From: Camelus ferus
Taxonomy: Eukaryota
Direction of reading: 5' to 3'
DNA: 64,000 bases
Assembly: GCF_009834535.1 (NCBI RefSeq)
Contig: NC_045697.1
Coordinates: 72,976,001 to 73,040,000, forward strand
Shown piece after piece: positions 52,200-64,000 of this stretch. The stretch's first letter is position 1, and every line of letters starts with the position of its first letter. The notes under the pieces are model-generated. The model searched no databases, was not told where the DNA came from, and saw nothing but the letters and a program-made list of their open reading frames with translations. The translations under genes were made by a program, and so were the position numbers.

Positions 52200-52840
52200 C
52201 CAGTGTCCTGTCTGCTCATCCCCCTCCCAATTCTCCCCCTGGTAACAGATTTTTCTCCTGACTGTGAGGGTAAAGCTATGATTAAGACTAAACCAACAGT
52301 ATCTCATTCATCTATGATTGATTCAAGAATGGGTACATGACTAAGTCAATCAAAAATGAGACATTCCTTACATCATTTATAATGAGAACTGGTGGGAAAG
52401 AGCTTTTTTATCTTTGTTTACGGAGGCATATAGAATAAGCCCAAATGCTTTCTATGGCCAAGTTCCCTGCTATATGAAAAAGCTGGTCTTCAATAAAAGC
52501 CGGCATCAAAGTATGAGATATGGGGGAAAGGTGTAGCTCAAGTGGTAGAGTGCATGCTTAGCATGCACGAGGTCATCCCCAGGACCTCCATTAAAAAAAA
52601 TTAAATGAATAAACCAAATTACCTCCCCCGCCAAAAAAACTAAAGAAAATCTAAACTAAAATTTGAGGTATGGGTGGACAGAGGCTGTATGGCAGTAGAA
52701 TTTCTGGTTCTCATTTCGGAAAGGTCATTTGTCTCTCTGTTCTTCTTGATTATTTCAGTCAATAACACATCAACTGATTTGCTTAAATTAAATCAATTTA
52801 GGATTCTGTCACTAGCAATCCAGAAGTTTTGACTAATTAA
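52200..52840 (+). mobile_element. Old LTR (MaLR/ERVL-like) interrupted by a SINE
   Basis: TGATTGATTCAAGAATGGGTACATGACT; 3' end TTTGCTTAAATTAAATCAATTTAGGATTCTGTCACTAGCAATCCAGAAGTTTTGACTAAT. Confidence 0.55.
52522..52657 (+). mobile_element. Camelid Vic-1-like tRNA-derived SINE
   Basis: GGGGGAAAGGTGTAGCTCAAGTGGTAGAGTGCATGCTTAGCATGCACGAGGTC (tRNA-Ala-like head with A box), then A-rich tails. Degenerate TSD AAAGTATGAGATAT / AAAATTTGAGGTAT. Confidence 0.85.
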
Positions 52841-53433
52841 AGCAAATACATACATGACTGTATTACAAGAAAAATAGAAACTGTATCTTGTATTCTCAAG
52901 CACAGCTCCATACATATGTCAGGAAAGCAGAGAGGGAAATTCTCTTTTTTTCTCATTAAGGATATGTTTTAAAAAATTCTCCCCATATGAGCAACATATA
53001 CCTTAACATCTCTGTTGACTTAATACTTCAGACATGACAAAAAGATAAAACTTAGTATCAATAATTAACATTACATATTAGCTTCATATTTTTAAATTTA
53101 TGAAATACACCTTGACCTTTTTGTTTTCTTTTACTGCATGGTTTCTGATTTTTATTTCTCTCTTCAGTCATTAATATCTCCCCTAAAGTGTGGGTGTGAC
53201 ACTTAAAAGAGATACAAGTCTACTTTGGTCCCTTTGTTACTTACTACAAGCTCCAATAAAAGCTTTGGAGCTTGAGAATACTGGATCCAAGAAATGTTTG
53301 TGAATAACTATGTATTTCTGCTCTTCATGTACTTGATTACAATGGGAAATTGAGAGTAGGCAGACCTTTAGGATTGTGGGTTGTGATGGGAGATTTTCCT
53401 ACTCCCAAGATATTCAATGCCTTCATAGTAGAA

Positions 53434-53813
53434 TGAACTAATTTGCCAGAGCTGCTATAATAAAATACCAGACTGGGTCGTTTAGCCAATAGAAATCTGT
53501 TTTCTCACAGTTCTGGAAGCTAGATGTCTGAGATCAAGGTGTCCGCAGGGTTGTTTCTTCCGAAGCCTCTGTCTTTGGCTTATAGATGGCTGCTTTCTCA
53601 CTGTGTTCTCACCTGTTCGTTTCTCTGTGCATGTCTGTGTCCTCATCTCCTCTGCTAAGGACACCAGTCATACTAGATTAGGGTTCCCTAATGATTTCAT
53701 TTTATCCTAATTACCTCTTTAAAGACCTTATCTCCAAATACAGTCCCATTCGGAGGTAGTGGGGTTAGGACTTTGACATATGAATTTTGGGGGTTACAGT
53801 TCAGCCCGTAACA
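53434..53813 (-). mobile_element. MaLR solo LTR (MLT1A-like)
   Basis: GCTGCTATAATAAAATACCAGACTGGG...TCTCACAGTTCTGGAAGCTAG...TAAGGACACCAGTCAT...TTCAGCCCGTAACA. Confidence 0.9.
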
Positions 53814-53829
53814 TAACACAGCACAACAC

Positions 53830-54080
53830 AGATTCAGATCTCAGATCAAATGTCACCTTCTCAGAAAGGCACTGTCACTTGACTTTCTATCAGAGCACCC
53901 TGTTTTAATTTCCTCACAGCACAGAAATTATCTTGTGTATTTATCTGATTGCTTATTTATTCTATCTCCTTTGCTAGAGGACAGAGGTCCTGCGGGACTA
54001 GTCCACTGCCGTATGCTCAGCTCCTAGATCTATGATGGTATACAGCAGGCATTTGATAAGTAACTGTCAAAATAAATTGC
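53830..54080 (+). mobile_element. L2a 3' end
   Basis: TTCAGATCTCAGATCAAATGTCACCTTCTCAGAAAGGC...CTCAGCTCCTAGA...CAGCAGGCATTTGATAAGTA. Confidence 0.75.
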
Positions 54081-54614
54081 ATTACAATAAGACAAGAATT
54101 CAAAATACTTATACTTCAGAAATGATATTTTGACAAAATAATTTGTTTCAAGCTTCAGGAAATTTTGTTACATATAAATTTAAAACAAATTTTTCAAATG
54201 CTTATGTAAGTATTTATAAAAGTCTTTAAATATGGTCTATGCAAATTTCAAAATATAGATAGGAAGAAAACCATTTATTAAAAGTAGTGAAACATGTAAT
54301 AACAATTCTGATATTTTAGTACATGGGGATTAGTAAATGACTGCAATAGGAAGCTTGCATTTGACTTCGCAGCAGATCCCAGGGCTTAATTGAAATTTAT
54401 AACGAGACACATTTTTCTTAGTAATCACACAAAGAAAACTTAATCATTACTCTTAATCACTATTTAAAAAATTGCCTTCATAAGCATAGCATGTTTTACT
54501 CACATAAATTTTAGAATCATATGAAAGAAGAAAATTTTTACAAAAAGGGACACCCAGGAAAGACTTGTTAAAGAGCAAGTAGAAGGCATGTCTTCCGAGC
54601 TCTTGTGCCTTTGA

Positions 54615-54775
54615 TTGGCCCCACTGTTTCCAATATTACAGATTTTAAAAGTCAGGAAGTTAAAACTCAAGAGATTGGCCCACAGTAACCTACACACAAG
54701 CAGTGGCATTAGATGTGGCATCCAGTCTGAAGCTATAATTGATCATGTTGTGGTCCAAGTGCTCCTGCGCTTATG
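54615..54775 (-). mobile_element. MIR fragment
   Basis: TTTCCAATATTACAGAT...AAACTCAAGAGATTGGCCCACAGTAACC...CATCCAGTCTGA. Confidence 0.5.
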
Positions 54776-54994
54776 AACACTGAATGCTGCTACATGGGCA
54801 GTGCTCTGAACCAAGGCACTAGGACATAGTGTCATGAATGTCACCAAGTATTTTGGTCAAAACATCGTTTCTAAAATTCAAGTCCTGTGTTGTTCAGGGG
54901 CTCGGGATAGAGTGAGTAGCTTCACTTCATTCTTTTCTTTCTGTCTTTGTAAGATAACTCTTTCCCTCTGGCTCAATTCCCCTTTTATAGACAC

Positions 54995-55455
54995 TCGAGA
55001 GACCTGTCTTTGCCAGTAATCTTTTGGGTACAAGTGGCAGCAAGAAGAAACCCAACTCAAAATGGCTGGGAAAAAAGGGCATGTAATTAGATTACTTAAC
55101 TGGAGGAGACAAGAATAACTAAAACCAGCAGCTCAAATGATATAATTAGGACCTGCTCTCTGTCTCTCATCTTTGCTTCTTTTTTTGTGGTAAATATTCT
55201 AAGGTTTGAACTGGTGACTCCCAGAAGTCCCAATTTTTCCCTTCCCAATGTTCCCACACATGGTATGTGGAATGGATCTCATTGGCTCTGATTTGTTACC
55301 TGACCCTCCTTCTGTAATACATGACCCAGCCCTACAAGAAGCACATGGACTGAGAGTGGAATAAGGTAGGCCCCACATGGAAAACCATAGTGCTGTCACC
55401 ATAGATGGCAGAAAAGGATGCCAGGCAGGTGAAACCCACAGGCATCCACTGACAA
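54995..55455 (-). mobile_element. Old MaLR LTR (MLT1J/K-like)
   Basis: TTTTGGGTACAAGTGGCAGCAAGAAGAAACCCAACTCAAAATGGCT...GATCTCATTGGCTCTG...GGATGCCAGGCAGG. Confidence 0.6.
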
Positions 55456-56354
55456 TCTCTTTACCACTAAGTGTATGATGGACCTGGTAAGAAATTTAAA
55501 AATGAGTTGCATTCCAACACTGATCTTTTTAGAACCATGTGACTTATGAATTTCCATATTTGGTCTCTGTATTGTCCATTGCCTTATATTGGGTTTTTTT
55601 CTGAACTTAACTTTCTATATCATGAGCATCTTGAAGGCAGTAACCATATTTTCTTCACCACCACAGTCCCTGAAATTCAATAACTGCTACATTAATGCCT
55701 TTTAAATAAATATTTATATTATTATGAAAATAGAGAGGAAAAGTGACAGACAATATGAAGTTCAAGTCAATCCATTCCCACCTTGCTAACAAGCAACATT
55801 GCGTACTATTTGGATCAGCTTCTCCTTTTTGAAAGATTTCTTTAAAACAAGTGAGGGGAATGTCCATGGCCATGCTCTCTCTCCTTGGGATAGTCTAAAG
55901 CAACATCATGGGTGGTATAACGTGTACTTTAGGGAACCCAACAGATGACAGATATAAATATCTGAAAATACTGGATCCTTGAGTGTAGATCTGTGTAACG
56001 ATTGCAGTGCCCTTTTATCTGCAACTGTGAATAAATTAATAATGTCCATCACTTGCTCCTCTGTTTTCTGTTCTTGCCTCATAGACTTTAGGAACCACTT
56101 TGCCTTAACATAACAAGAAAATCTGATAGTTACAAGCTATTTGGATGACTTTCTCTTAAAATTTATCCTGTTATTAATGTTGGGGCTATCTCAGTTGTTT
56201 TAAAAATAGGGGACTGTTACACTTAAGTTTATCACATACATAAAGTTCTCCTATCACCTATCCTGTGCAGTTACAGCTGCATGTTGATAGTTTGTCATTT
56301 GACAAAGGAAGAATGCTGAAGCAAACTCTAGTAATATCCATTGTTCCTATAACT

Positions 56355-56625
56355 CCATTTATTTATTAAAAATGTTTATCAAGTGCCTACTGTCTATAGC
56401 CCTGGGGATACCAACAGAAATATGATATAGCCACTCTGGTTTAGGATTAGAACCTGCATTAGAACAAGACACATATACAAATATAGTGCTACATTCCAGG
56501 TGCTTTTGTAGCACCATTCCAAACCGAGCACACTAAATGATAAAACATTGTACCAGGCATCAGGAGATGGTAAAGCTATCTGGAGGCAGAAGTTTCTTTC
56601 AAGGCAGTGAGAGTAAGAGAGAAAC
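56355..56625 (-). mobile_element. L2 3' end
   Basis: CATTTATTTATTAAAAATGTTTATCAAGTGCCTACTGT...CCTGGGGATACCA. Confidence 0.6.
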
Positions 56626-57781
56626 AAAAAACTAAAAACTTGGCAAAATCTCTGGTTCAATCATTACTCATTTCCCTGTTGCACTAATGAAAAATTACCC
56701 CCAACAGGAAAATTAAAAAGTGCAATCCGCTTTTGGCATATATAGTTTATCATAACCTGGGTCATGCCTTTCCTTTCCTTTTCACTAGCAATACAGCAAG
56801 GAACCAACGGAAGAGAGGAGACATTCTAGAGCTCAGAGTTTTTGTTTTTTGTTTTTAAGAAAAGGGTGGAACCCCTTTTGTAGCTCTCACCCTTTCCTAA
56901 CTCTCTCCTCCTGTAGATTTTCTGTAGTGTGTTTCAAGGTGAGGAATTACAGACAAAAAAGACGAAATACTCAACTCACTTGTCTAGCACATGTGACAAG
57001 GGAATGAGATAGGACAGAAGAACTGACTTGGCTTCTTCTTACAGGGAATTGGGTGTTTGTGTCTTTTATCCTAATTATCAATTATACCTTTTCCTGGATT
57101 ACAGCACATCCAGTTTTCTTTGGCCAGCTTTCCATTCTCCATTGGGTGTAGTCTCAATGGGACTTTTCACCAGGATTTGCATCTTTCCCCTGGTGAAAGG
57201 GTGACCCAACTAAGACCAATCATGCACAACTTTTAGGGTTTTAAACGGTGTAAAAAAAAAGGTGATTCAAGGTCTGAAAATAGTCAAAGCTAATTCATTT
57301 TGATGACAGCACTTTGAGAAAAGAAACCGTTTATTAGTCTCTGGTATTTGTGTGTTAGAAAGTGCTTCAGCCCCTGCGCTTTCAGAAGCTTGATGTTTGG
57401 GCTGCCCGTATCATTCGTGTATAAAGTTACCCCGTGGTAGTTTCTGGTGACTGCGGCCTTTTCACTCTTTCTGCTTGTGAGGCCTGTCCTTCTCTGCCTC
57501 ATACTTTAAGGCTTCAGTACACATGATGATCTCTACAAAAACTTCTTAAAGCTTGTTTTCCTCCAAAGAATATTTTATTACCCAAACCTCTCGCTCCTGT
57601 GTCATTTGTTAATAGTCCTTTCTTGTAGCTTGCATGCTATGTGACTGTGGCTGATTAACTATATGACTATCACTGGATGGTAAGTTCTTTTCTGGGTACT
57701 TAATACATCCTTATAATTTTTGTAACCTCTGTATATCTTATAGAGGTATGCCTATGGTAAAAATACATAAAGATTATACAT

Positions 57782-57793
57782 TATATATATATA

Positions 57794-57849
<56 letters not shown>
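57782..57849. repeat. Compound (TA)n(TG)n(TA)n microsatellite followed by poly-T
   Basis: Direct reading. Confidence 0.95.
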
Positions 57850-58546
57850 GGTGGAATGAGTATGTGAATAGCATGCTTCCAGTGACAGGTGGCTGTTTCC
57901 CCAAAATGTTCCTTAAACTGAAATCAGAGACTAATCTGAAGTAAACATACTTCTTACCATTATAAGCAACATTTCATTTTGCACTTGCAAAGCTATGTGT
58001 GTTACCTGAATACACACAGCTATAAAGTCTGAAAAGTCAGTAAGCATTGGCTCAGGAAAAAGTGGGAGATGTTTCCAGTGTGGGTAGCTAGTATTTTTCA
58101 GATGTCAAAGAATAGAGGGTATGAGGCTTCAGCTGGCCTCATTCTATCTTGTGCTACCTTATTTATAATTTATACACTGCCTACTTCCAGAATATGAATT
58201 TTGAGATTCCTTAAAATAAAAACATATCTAATAGAACTGAATGAAGCTAAAAAAAGAAAACCAAAAATCGTTAAACTCTGAAAAATATTTTTTCCAGTAA
58301 TTTAAGTTTGAACTTACTGCACCAACAAAAATGGAAATGTGGTGGTTTATAAAGTTTCATCTGCCTAAAGAAAGTATATCATTAGTTAATTTATGAATGT
58401 TTGGCCCTAAGTTCTTGTATTTATTTATTTATATAGTTATTGAATCAATATATTAAAAGCAAATTATGATCAGGGTAACTACATGGGTGTTAATCACAGA
58501 AATGATTCTTTAAACTTGGTATATGTACATTGGATTTTGGCAGTAG

Positions 58547-59153
58547 TGTTAGAGCAGGCAGATAACTAGACATGAGCAGAAAAAGTAGGGCACAGGCTAA
58601 ATGGCAGGAAATCGTATATCTTATGAACAACAGGGGTCCCTGGGCAGACAGAAAACCAGGAATCTCTGGACTGATAAGAGATCACACATTTTGGGGTAAC
58701 AAGTGTCCTGGAGGCAGGCAAAGAAAGGTGGGAAAAGGCAAGAATCTCCAGTGTCCCAGTGTAACCTTTTGCTCATTATGCCCTCATTACAATAAAATTA
58801 GCCTTGCAGATTAGAAGAACCCATCATGACCCAACTCCATGACACTTCCGATTGATCCAGACTAAATAAGGACAAAAGTTCCTCTTCCTTTCGGGAAGGT
58901 GGAGTTGGGATGAAAATCAGGGAATATGACCCCAAACTCTTCCCTCCCCAATGAATATTCCCCCATTCATCTTTACACCCCATGCAACCAACTTGCCAAA
59001 GAAGCTCGGGGCAGCTGCTTACCTGAGCCTGCCCGCTCTCCCCTGGAGAGTGTACTATCTGTCTCCTAATAAATCTTCACTTTACTTCCTTACCCTCCCT
59101 GTCTCACCTCTGAATTCTTTCTGCAACGAGACAAAAAATAATCACCAGCAACA
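58547..59153 (+). mobile_element. ERV1 solo LTR
   Basis: TGTTAGAGCAGG...CCAGCAACA, 607 bp; AATAAA at 59068-59073; flanks GTAG / GCAG (4-bp TSD, 1 mismatch). Confidence 0.85.
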
Positions 59154-59605
59154 GCAGCTGCTTTGGGGTGCTCAGCTCAGGTTCCTTTCACTGGGCCCCA
59201 CAGCATTCTTGCCACAGGTGCTACTAGGGTGCTTCAAAGGGCTTCTGTCTCCAGAGAAATGCCGTTGGCCTGGATATGCTGGAGAGATTACAACCACATC
59301 CCTCTTCTCACAGGACCAGGGTCTGACGTATGTGGGGCACAGTGGACAGAAAAGCCCAGCCCCTTTGCCTCAAAGCAAGGCAGGTCTGCTGAGCAAACTG
59401 CAGTGTATCCTCCAGAAGGCCTGCTTTCCGCAGTGGATCAGGCCAAGTCTACACTTTATGGGAGACACATCTTTGCTCGGCCCCTCCCCTCTCCCTGTCC
59501 TGTGTAATCCTTCAGAGTATTTTTCCTCCTGCTAGTGGGTTCAATAAATTTCCTGTGCCTGAGTCCCTGTCTCAGGCTCTGCTCTAGGGAACCTGATCTA
59601 AGACC
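59154..59605 (+). mobile_element. Old ERVL LTR (LTR16-like)
   Basis: 3' end CAATAAATTTCCTGTGCCTGAGTCCCTGTCTCAGGCTCTGCTCTAGGGAACCTGATCTAAGAC is typical of the LTR16 family. Confidence 0.75.
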
Positions 59606-60864
59606 ATTTGGAAGAATATGCTACATTATGTGATTTTAAATTGAGTCTTGCTTAAAGTACAAAGTTCCAATGTCAGTGCTGCAGTCACCATACTTTTGCA
59701 GTCCGGGTGAACTAAAGCTGCAAATTCCATCAGGCTTGGTGTCTGGTATGTATTGACTACTGCGTAACGGTCTCTTGGAGTCAAAGTTAGTTTCTGAACA
59801 GTCATGAGAATCATATTTAATGGCGTAATTTTTCACCCTCTCCTGTATTGATTGTTTCTTTCTTAATAAAATGCAAATTGGTTTCCTTGATTTGAAAGCC
59901 ATTTAAAAAAAAACTGTACACCTTTATGAGAAAATGACATATCATTTTGCCAAACTCATAACTAGCACTCAGTATAACTCACATGCATAGCAAGTTAAAA
60001 ACTATCTAATTGCAAATATCTTTTCACCCAGATTTGGTAAAGTATTTTAGTCATGGAGATTTAGAAAGTTAGTCTTAGCCTACGTAGTTATTTTTTCTCT
60101 CTGTAACACTAATGATTTTAGGGGAAACTTATGTACGAAAATATTTTTTCAAGTCCAGATTCATTATGTGTTGTATATCTGACTAAATTTTTTTTTACTC
60201 TAAAACACTGATTGTACTTTTGCAGTTTTGGACATTGCTTTGTTGCATCCCCCCCAACCCCCCACCTGTACAATCTGATATCTGTATATTCTGCTCTCCC
60301 TGCGCTCAAGAATTTGCCTGATCCTGCAGACAAAATTGAACTTTCTCTTATCCTTCTGTTCTCCCTTCTAGGGCTGTGCACAGTCTTTGCTTCTCAAACC
60401 TGTTCACTAGCCGGCCACCTGCTCAAAGTATCCTTGCCTCTTAATGGACTCCACTTTAGAAACACAGTCACCACCTCAGAGCTTCCTTGGTCCTCTCTGG
60501 CCTTGTTGCCCACTCCATTTAGATTGATGGATAGCCTCAAGGCCATTGTTAACCACCCCTACCATGATGACGCTTCGATCTCTCTGTCCCTTAGGCCTCA
60601 GTAATCCCTCTCTGTATACTGGGAAGGACTAATCATTCTGCTTTTAGAAGAGTACTTTTGGGAAGACTATGTACCTGGCAGTCATAAGAATCTTTCTTCA
60701 AGGTCTTTTCTTGTCTTTTTTTCCCACAGCTGTCCAAAAAAGAGAGAAAAAGTAAAATTGAAGCTCATAGTCAAACTTTTGATGAGTTACTAGAAAATTT
60801 AAAAAATATGTATACATATTTAAGTAAACACATATTTAAATATGTATTTATCAATGACTACAGT

Positions 60865-61385
60865 AGAAATAATAATAGCTAAGTAACAGAGTCGCAACAG
60901 TGCCGAGCACCAGGCTAGGCCCAGGGACACAGGATGTACACAGAAATACTCCTACCCTTTGTGAGAGTTTAATTTAAATGAGAAGGCTTATACTAAATAC
61001 TTATAAGCATTTATAAAATAATACAGTGTTTAATAGGGGTAGGAAGGGCTACATAAAAGAAGATTTTCTATTACTGACTAAGAATTGGAAATAGCTTCAC
61101 AGAGACGTGAATTGGGCTTTGAAGGACGAGAATATTTTTTATCAAAGAAATAAACAAATGGTGATAAGAAATTCAAAGTGGGCTTGATATTTTCAAAGGC
61201 TTGGAAGAATAAGAGGACACAGACTGAATAAAATCTAGGGGACTGTATAGATGAGGACGTGGTAAGATACAGTCAGGATAATCTAGCAAGATGAAGCTGG
61301 AGAAGTGGGCTAACTTGCAATTATCTTGTAGGACCCACTACTGGCTTTGGACCTATTTTTATAGATGAGTGGTAGGCAACTTTTG
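60865..61385 (-). mobile_element. L2 fragment
   Basis: GTGCCGAGCACCAGGCTAGGCCCAGGGACACAG...GCTTCACAGAGACGTGAATTGGGCTTTGAAGGACGAG...AGATGAAGCTGGAGAAGTGGGC. Confidence 0.65.
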
Positions 61386-61649
61386 TGCAGTTGAGCAAGT
61401 CAAAAAACATCAAAATATTTACTGGCCACATTTTGTATTCAATTCAAACTGGAAATAACTTTGAGTCTTATGGGAGCAGTGTGTGTACATGTGTGTGTGT
61501 GTGTATGTATCTATCTATATATCTATATATATATATACTTGCGAGTGATGTTATTTATTTTGTTAAATAGAAGAACATCAATATCACAATTAGTATTCTA
61601 TTTTAGTCACTAAAACATTAATGTGTGGACATATTTCTGAATTAGTAGT

Positions 61650-61850
61650 GCAGCACAGCTTTCCAACGTCTGATACTTTACATTTATGTAAAGCTTTAAG
61701 AACCACAAAGTTTATTCATATGCATTACTTCACCTTATTCTCAGAACTGCTCCAAGACAGGTATTGTCATCACCTCTATCTAACAGAGAAAGTGAGGCTC
61801 ACAGAGATGAAATATTTTACCTAAAGTCATATAATGATTTAATGGTGGAA
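61650..61850 (-). mobile_element. MIR fragment
   Basis: ACAGAGAAAGTGAGGCTCACAGAGATGAAATATTTTACCTAAAGTCATA. Confidence 0.65.
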
Positions 61851-63429
61851 TGTATGTATGTCAAGGAGTACCAAGCATTGGGAAATACATAAGACATAGA
61901 CCATTGCTCTCAACCAGCCGGGCTCCTCTTCTCATAGTTTAGATTGACCAGTAGCCTCAAAGCCAATAAAAGCCATACTCTAATGATGGCAGTTCTTCAA
62001 TCAGCAACCCAAAGCAGCATCATGGACACTGGTTCCTGTAACTCAAGCACTCCTGGTCCTCTGCTATACCACACTAAACCGGACAGATTCTGGCATTACC
62101 ATCCCAAGACTCTGCCCTCCCTGTCTTGAAGTGTAACTGTCTTCTTCCCATGATGCAATTCCTTCATCACTCCCCAGTCTCCACCACTGTGACCAGATGC
62201 TCTTGCCTTGATGGAAGATTTCTTTTCAAGACTTCTTTTAGAAGTTTGCTGGGAAGACCTTCTCTACCTATTCTCATGCCTTGGACCAGTTAGGAGGACG
62301 GGCTGGATGCATGCAGACTGTAAGAGAAGATGGCCTGCATTCTTACAGGCAATGTAGGGACACTGGGAGTTCTGTGTTTCTGTTTTAGGAAGATAACTCT
62401 GGTGGCTGTTATCTTTTCTGCCTCAGTACCTCACTCACTAAAAATAAAAACCCCTTAGGTTTAACTTTTTAATTTCAGGCACAGTTGAAGACATATCTGA
62501 AGTTGGTACCTCTTAGAAAAGGTTTCTCCTTTAAATATGTAAATGCCACTCAAGGGACAAATTCCCCTGGGGTATCCTATCCCCTTCCTCTCCTCTCAGT
62601 GGGCCCACTGGGGTGGCTACAGAAGCCCAAAGAGAGTCAAGCCCATTGCAATCAAACAATAAAGATTTGCAGTGAGTTTAATGCCATTTAAATGAATGAA
62701 TAAAAGAGATTTATTAACTTATATGGCTGAGACGTGAATTGTTTGTGAATGAAATCTATAGAGAAAAATGGGAATAGGAGCTAGCGTGCAAAGAATTTCA
62801 TGAAGAAAGATGTTGACAGCAACAAAATAAAACTGTTTCAGAATTGATATTAACTGGGTGATTTGAGTATTAATTAGGCAATTTGGGTATTAATTAGATA
62901 ATTTGTTTCTGCTGCAGAATCTTATGGACTAGAAATGAACCTATAAAGGTGGTTTTGTGTATGTGTGTGTGAGTATGATACTGGGAATGGTGCCAAATTG
63001 AAGTCCCCAGAAAACTGAAGTCCTCAGTATACCTGGAGAACAGGTTCCATTGTGTTAGCAGAAGCTTTAGCAGTAACATCGATGAATTATACTCAGAATG
63101 ACCTAATGCAGATATCCTCCAGGCTGGACTGTCCTGTTCCGTCCTTCACATCAAGAGGAGAGTTAGTCGGCTTCTGCTTCAAGGAAAGTCAGCTTGAAAT
63201 CCCACGTTACACGGGTATATCATTTCCATGGATTGCTACAATTTGAGAAGATCACTGGAATTCGAGTTAGTCTTACAAGGGTCGAGAATCCTCAGAAGTG
63301 AATTTTAGCACTGTTCATTCAATTTGGTTGACATTGACTGATGAAATAAGTTAGTATTTTTCCAGAACAAAGATTAAAGAACCCTTGTCTTTCTCTCTAG
63401 AAACCAAACTGAAATACTGTAGCATCTAC

Positions 63430-63635
63430 TATAAACTGTGAGGCACTCCAGTGTGGTTTACTCATTCTTCAAGAAAAGTTTATTCTTTATGATTTTACTA
63501 GTTAATACCTGCACATTTAGAATTTTTGTTCTGAGAGTAAGGAAGTTGTGTATATTGCCTCATCCCTAATGTTTAAAATGCTACCTTCTATGTAACAGAC
63601 CATCAGTAAATATTAGATGAATACATAAATGATGC
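63430..63635 (+). mobile_element. L2 3' end fragment
   Basis: TATAAACTGTGAGGCAC...CATCAGTAAATATTAGATGAATACATAAATGA. Confidence 0.45.
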
Positions 63636-63878
63636 AAGCAGTAGACCTGCATTCCTGTTGTAACTCCCTACCCCAATTAGAAGGGTTTAAAGTGATGAAG
63701 TTAAATTACTGTGACTGAAAATATTTAAAGTGAAAGATTACCAATTAACGTGGGTAAGGGAAAAAGAAAAAAAAGCAAAAACCAAAACACCCTTGGCTAA
63801 TCAACTCCTTAAGTCCCTGAAGTACCACCAAGGTGGCTTTAGTTGAGTTTGGATGAATAAAGGTTGCCTGTTTGCCAC

Positions 63879-63897
63879 TTGCCAGCAGATGGCCTAA
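63879..63897 (+). promoter_or_regulatory. CTCF motif
   Basis: TTGCCAGCAGATGGCCTAA contains CCAGCAGATGGC, a full match to the CCASYAGRKGGC core. Confidence 0.55.
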
Positions 63898-64000
63898 TTA
63901 TTCCATTGTTCACCGGACATCAGAACTCCTCTGTATACAGGAAAAGCAGTTGATGAGGAGTAAATTTCCCCTTGATATTTTTTAAAATGGAGGTCATGTT

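Noticed and set aside
52522..52590. tRNA-Ala gene
   Set aside because: No T-arm or B box, followed by SINE tails and flanked by TSD-like repeats.
60212..60604. 130-aa ORF
   Set aside because: Non-ATG start, pyrimidine-rich composition, and no recognisable domain or splice context.
1..64000. Prokaryotic-type systems (CRISPR arrays, operons, defence islands)
   Set aside because: The DNA is mammalian and repeat-laden; there are no regularly spaced repeat-spacer arrays and no dense long ORFs.

Overview
AT-rich, repeat-dense mammalian genomic DNA, intergenic or deep intronic. A Vic-1-like tRNA-derived SINE and the young L1 3' ends point to a camelid. I recognise no intact protein-coding gene: the listed ORFs are decayed Tigger1 transposase, L1 ORF2 fragments, or chance frames. 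The window holds a near full-length Tigger1, Tigger1- and Tigger2-derived MITEs, old and young L1 fragments, L2 and MIR relics, and many MaLR, ERVL and ERV1 LTRs. The most notable structures are an ancient U6 snRNA/L1 chimeric retrocopy (15479-16320), a young L1 with a twin-priming 5' inversion plus an apparent short 3' transduction (26203-27134), a pre-miRNA-sized hairpin inside an L2 (29358-29436), an unexplained GC-rich insert splitting an L2 (~47165-47560), CTCF/ETS/NRF1 motif clusters, and a candidate non-coding exon. I see no evidence for a wholly new biological system. Repeat family names come from my recollection of consensus sequences, not from a database search, and boundaries of old elements are approximate.
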